This document shows, in pieces, positions 61,479 to 64,000 of a stretch of DNA of 64,000 bases. Within the stretch, counting starts at the first letter, position 1. Each line of letters begins with the position of its first letter. A program made the translations under genes and the position numbers. The stretch is from Entomortierella parvispora E1425 (Eukaryota; Fungi; Mortierellomycota). Where the stretch lies: NCBI GenBank assembly GCA_020891255.1, contig BQFW01000002.1:248001-312000 (forward strand), read 5' to 3'. Under the pieces are notes generated by a model. The model did not search any database. It had not been told where the DNA came from and saw only the letters and a program-made list of their open reading frames with translations.

Positions 61479-64000
61479 TTAGTTTCGAGGATGATTGTTG
61501 CTGCCATGCAAGGACGACGTCGATCCAAAGTTGGGAGCATGCTTCGGGAGCGTCTTTTGGGCCTGGAATTTGAACTCTGCGAGGATGGGGATATGGTCAG
61601 AAGGGAAATGAGCGTTCGGGAACCCGACTACACGACTCATGTACTCCTTCTCTACTCCTCCCAAGAGTCCCAGGATGGACAACGAATTGGAGGTATAAAA
61701 GATGTAGTCAATCAGCTCTACATACGACGGCGTAAAGTTGGAGAAGGGCAGCTCCTTCTCATGACTGTACGCGGATCGCAGCGAGAGTTTGTGGGCCAAG
61801 CCCTCCGTGGTATAATGGCCATAGGCGTAGCTCATGAAATCCTCGTGGTCCTGTGCCGCCACGCCCTTGACCAAGAACTCGTACACGCCCGAGTTTCGCT
61901 CTGAATTAAAGTCGCCCAAGATCAACGTTGGCAGCTTTCCGGACGTTGAAGAGGAGGACGAACTATTGTTACCACTGGCGCTGTCGCCTTTGGAGGGCGT
62001 GGACGAGACGGGCAAATGAGCCCATTGCGTGGAGAGCTTGTCCAGTTCGTCCAGCAACATGGCCACCTGGACCAACTTGACATCTCTGAAAAGTGGGTCC
62101 CAGCAAAGGTGCGAGTTGGAAACTACCAATCTGTTTTTGGTTTCCTTGTGCTCCAGCAATGCAATCACCGAAATATTGTCCTTGGTCATGACACGATTGA
62201 AAATGTCCTCTGTCTTTCTGAAATCCGGTCTCTGGAGTGCAAGGTGATTAAACTCGACAAGGTGCTTGTCAATCAAGGAGAACCTAGAAAAGTGAGGAAA
62301 AGGAACAATATGATAAACACAGAAGGGTAAACAGCATGAGCAGTACACAAGAATCGAGGTGTATAGACTTCATGTAAAAAATAAAAAAAAAGAGTATGGC
62401 GTGGATGTCAACTCATACTTGGATGCCTTGAAAAAGATCGCGCACCCATCCACCAGTCTTCGCTCCTTTTCAGGCATGGTTTTCGCTCGAGTCTTTGGAT
62501 AAAAGACTCCTTCATAGTCCGCCTGGTGCTTCATTTGCTCCTTGAAGTAGTCTTCGAATTGACCCATCTCTACTTCCTATTAGGATATATTAGGATACAA
62601 AAGAGACGATATCAGCAATCCCCCGAAAGTGTAGGTCGGTTCAGCCTTCTGGCCCCATACCTGGAGACAGACAATATCTGCACTGTACGCCAAGATTTCT
62701 TGCAAGATGAGCTCCTTGCGGTAATCCCATGTCAGTGCCCAGGACGGCGTGTATCCATACATCTGGGGTGTCGCGTAACTCTCTGCAAGGATGTTGTAAC
62801 TAAAGGTCGTAAACGTATCCTGTCCTGCCAAGGTTCCAGAGTCATCCTCGATCGTGATCCATTCTCTCTCTGGCGGAGGAAGTGGAACTACAATCAAAAG
62901 AGAGAGAGAAAAACAGAAAAAAATGAGAAGACCATGTCAAACGTTGGTGCACCAGCTTTCACCATTGGTTCTTCTGCCTCCTTTTTCCACCTGCCGCCAT
63001 TCCACCTTTCCATTAATCGCACTCTTTGGACGCAAAATGTGGGCTCTGTCCAGGGCACGTTACCTGTGCAATTCTCACGCAGATAAACGATAACCGCCGT
63101 CGTTCCTTCCTGCTGCAGCAGGGTTTTGAGACTCTCGTTCAGCGGATTGCCCTCCAGTGCCAAGATTTCAAGCTGGAAGAGCGTGCCCAGCTCTGCGGGC
63201 AATGTCACCAATCCATTGTCCACCAACAGCAGCTCCTTCAGGTTCACCAGCATGCCCAGCTCGGGTGGGATCAGTGTCAGTTTGTTGCCAGACGCGTCCA
63301 GGACTGTCAGGTTTCGAAGATGACGGACCTCGGGCGACAGGTAATGCAGGTTGTTGTGATTGATGTACAGCGCCGTCAAGAACTCGTATCGGAACAGGCT
63401 CCCGCTGATGTTCTTGAGACCCATGCCACCCATATCCAGGGTGGTCCACTTTGGAGCATTCGGGCTAGAGGTCCCATTCTTGTCGGCACCTTCGCCAATC
63501 GTCGTGGTGGACCCAGTCTTTGACGAGGTGCCGCCGTTGGGGCTCATGATGCTCACTGCAGAGTTCATGCCCGTGCTCCTAGCCACAGCCGCTGCCGCCC
63601 GAGCCCGGAAGTGAGGTGTGGCGGATTGGCGAGAGAGATTCGCAGCATGGATCTGCTGTTGATAAGGGCCCGAGTCAGCTCCTAGTTGGGGTGTCAGCGA
63701 GGCCGGGATCGTTGCTGGGGAGGAGAGACCAGAGGGCTGACGGAGTTGGGGCTGATGGTGGTGTTGCTGTTGTAGGTGAGGGTGGGTCAGGGGCTGCTGC
63801 TGAAACTTTTGCGAGATCTGTCTGGAGTAGACGGGTATGGCGCCGTTGTTGTAGGAGGTGACGCCATGTTGTTGGTAGAGTGGATAGAGACCATTGGAGG
63901 CACCCCCGCCTAGGGACCCAGGCGAGGGCTGTGTGGGCGAGTAGAGAGGATTTCCGTTGGCCAGGGTCTGGTAGAGGAGAGGGTTGTAGTGCTGGTCAGA
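61479..64000 (-). CDS. CCR4: CCR4-NOT deadenylase CCR4 (LRR plus EEP domain), 5' end outside the window
   Basis: QQQIHAANLSRQSATPHFRAR, LRRs, FSYNILAESYATPQMY, LCLQ, VDGCAIFFK, WDPLFRDVKLVQ, GDFNS, IDYIFY, HFPSDHIP; the frame stays open upstream of the ORF-track start. Confidence 0.96.

Overview
Intron-rich fungal genomic DNA (GT-AG introns, long poly-A/T tracts, about 50% GC). The gene set suggests an early-diverging fungus, probably Mortierellaceae (inference). Spliced genes reconstructed by eye: a WW-domain/poly-His protein, RNase H2A head-to-head with MCM8, an Ayr1-like SDR, RPL29, a CreA/Mig1 repressor, an FAD monooxygenase, CMC1, a Zn2Cys6 transcription factor, an LDAH-like hydrolase, an inositol 5-phosphatase, pinin, SERINC/TMS1 and CCR4 (truncated by the window end). 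The accessory content is the most interesting part. (1) A six-copy tandem array (9.4-17.2 kb) encodes unrecognised secreted proteins built from a conserved scaffold, a hypervariable ~100-aa amphipathic segment bracketed by two Cys, and a poly-Asp/Glu tail; three copies are intact and three decayed. (2) A very recent 5,067-bp chromodomain Ty3/Gypsy element (identical 111-bp LTRs, CTCGG target duplication) sits in codon 30 of an NmrA-like gene; its gag-UAG-pro-(+1)-pol layout resembles Dictyostelium Skipper. (3) Two paralogous 8-Cys CFEM-like proteins and a tiny secreted X-Pro peptide flank a palindromic 106-bp repeat array. No tRNA, rRNA or CRISPR array is supported. Exon boundaries were called manually and no database search was run.
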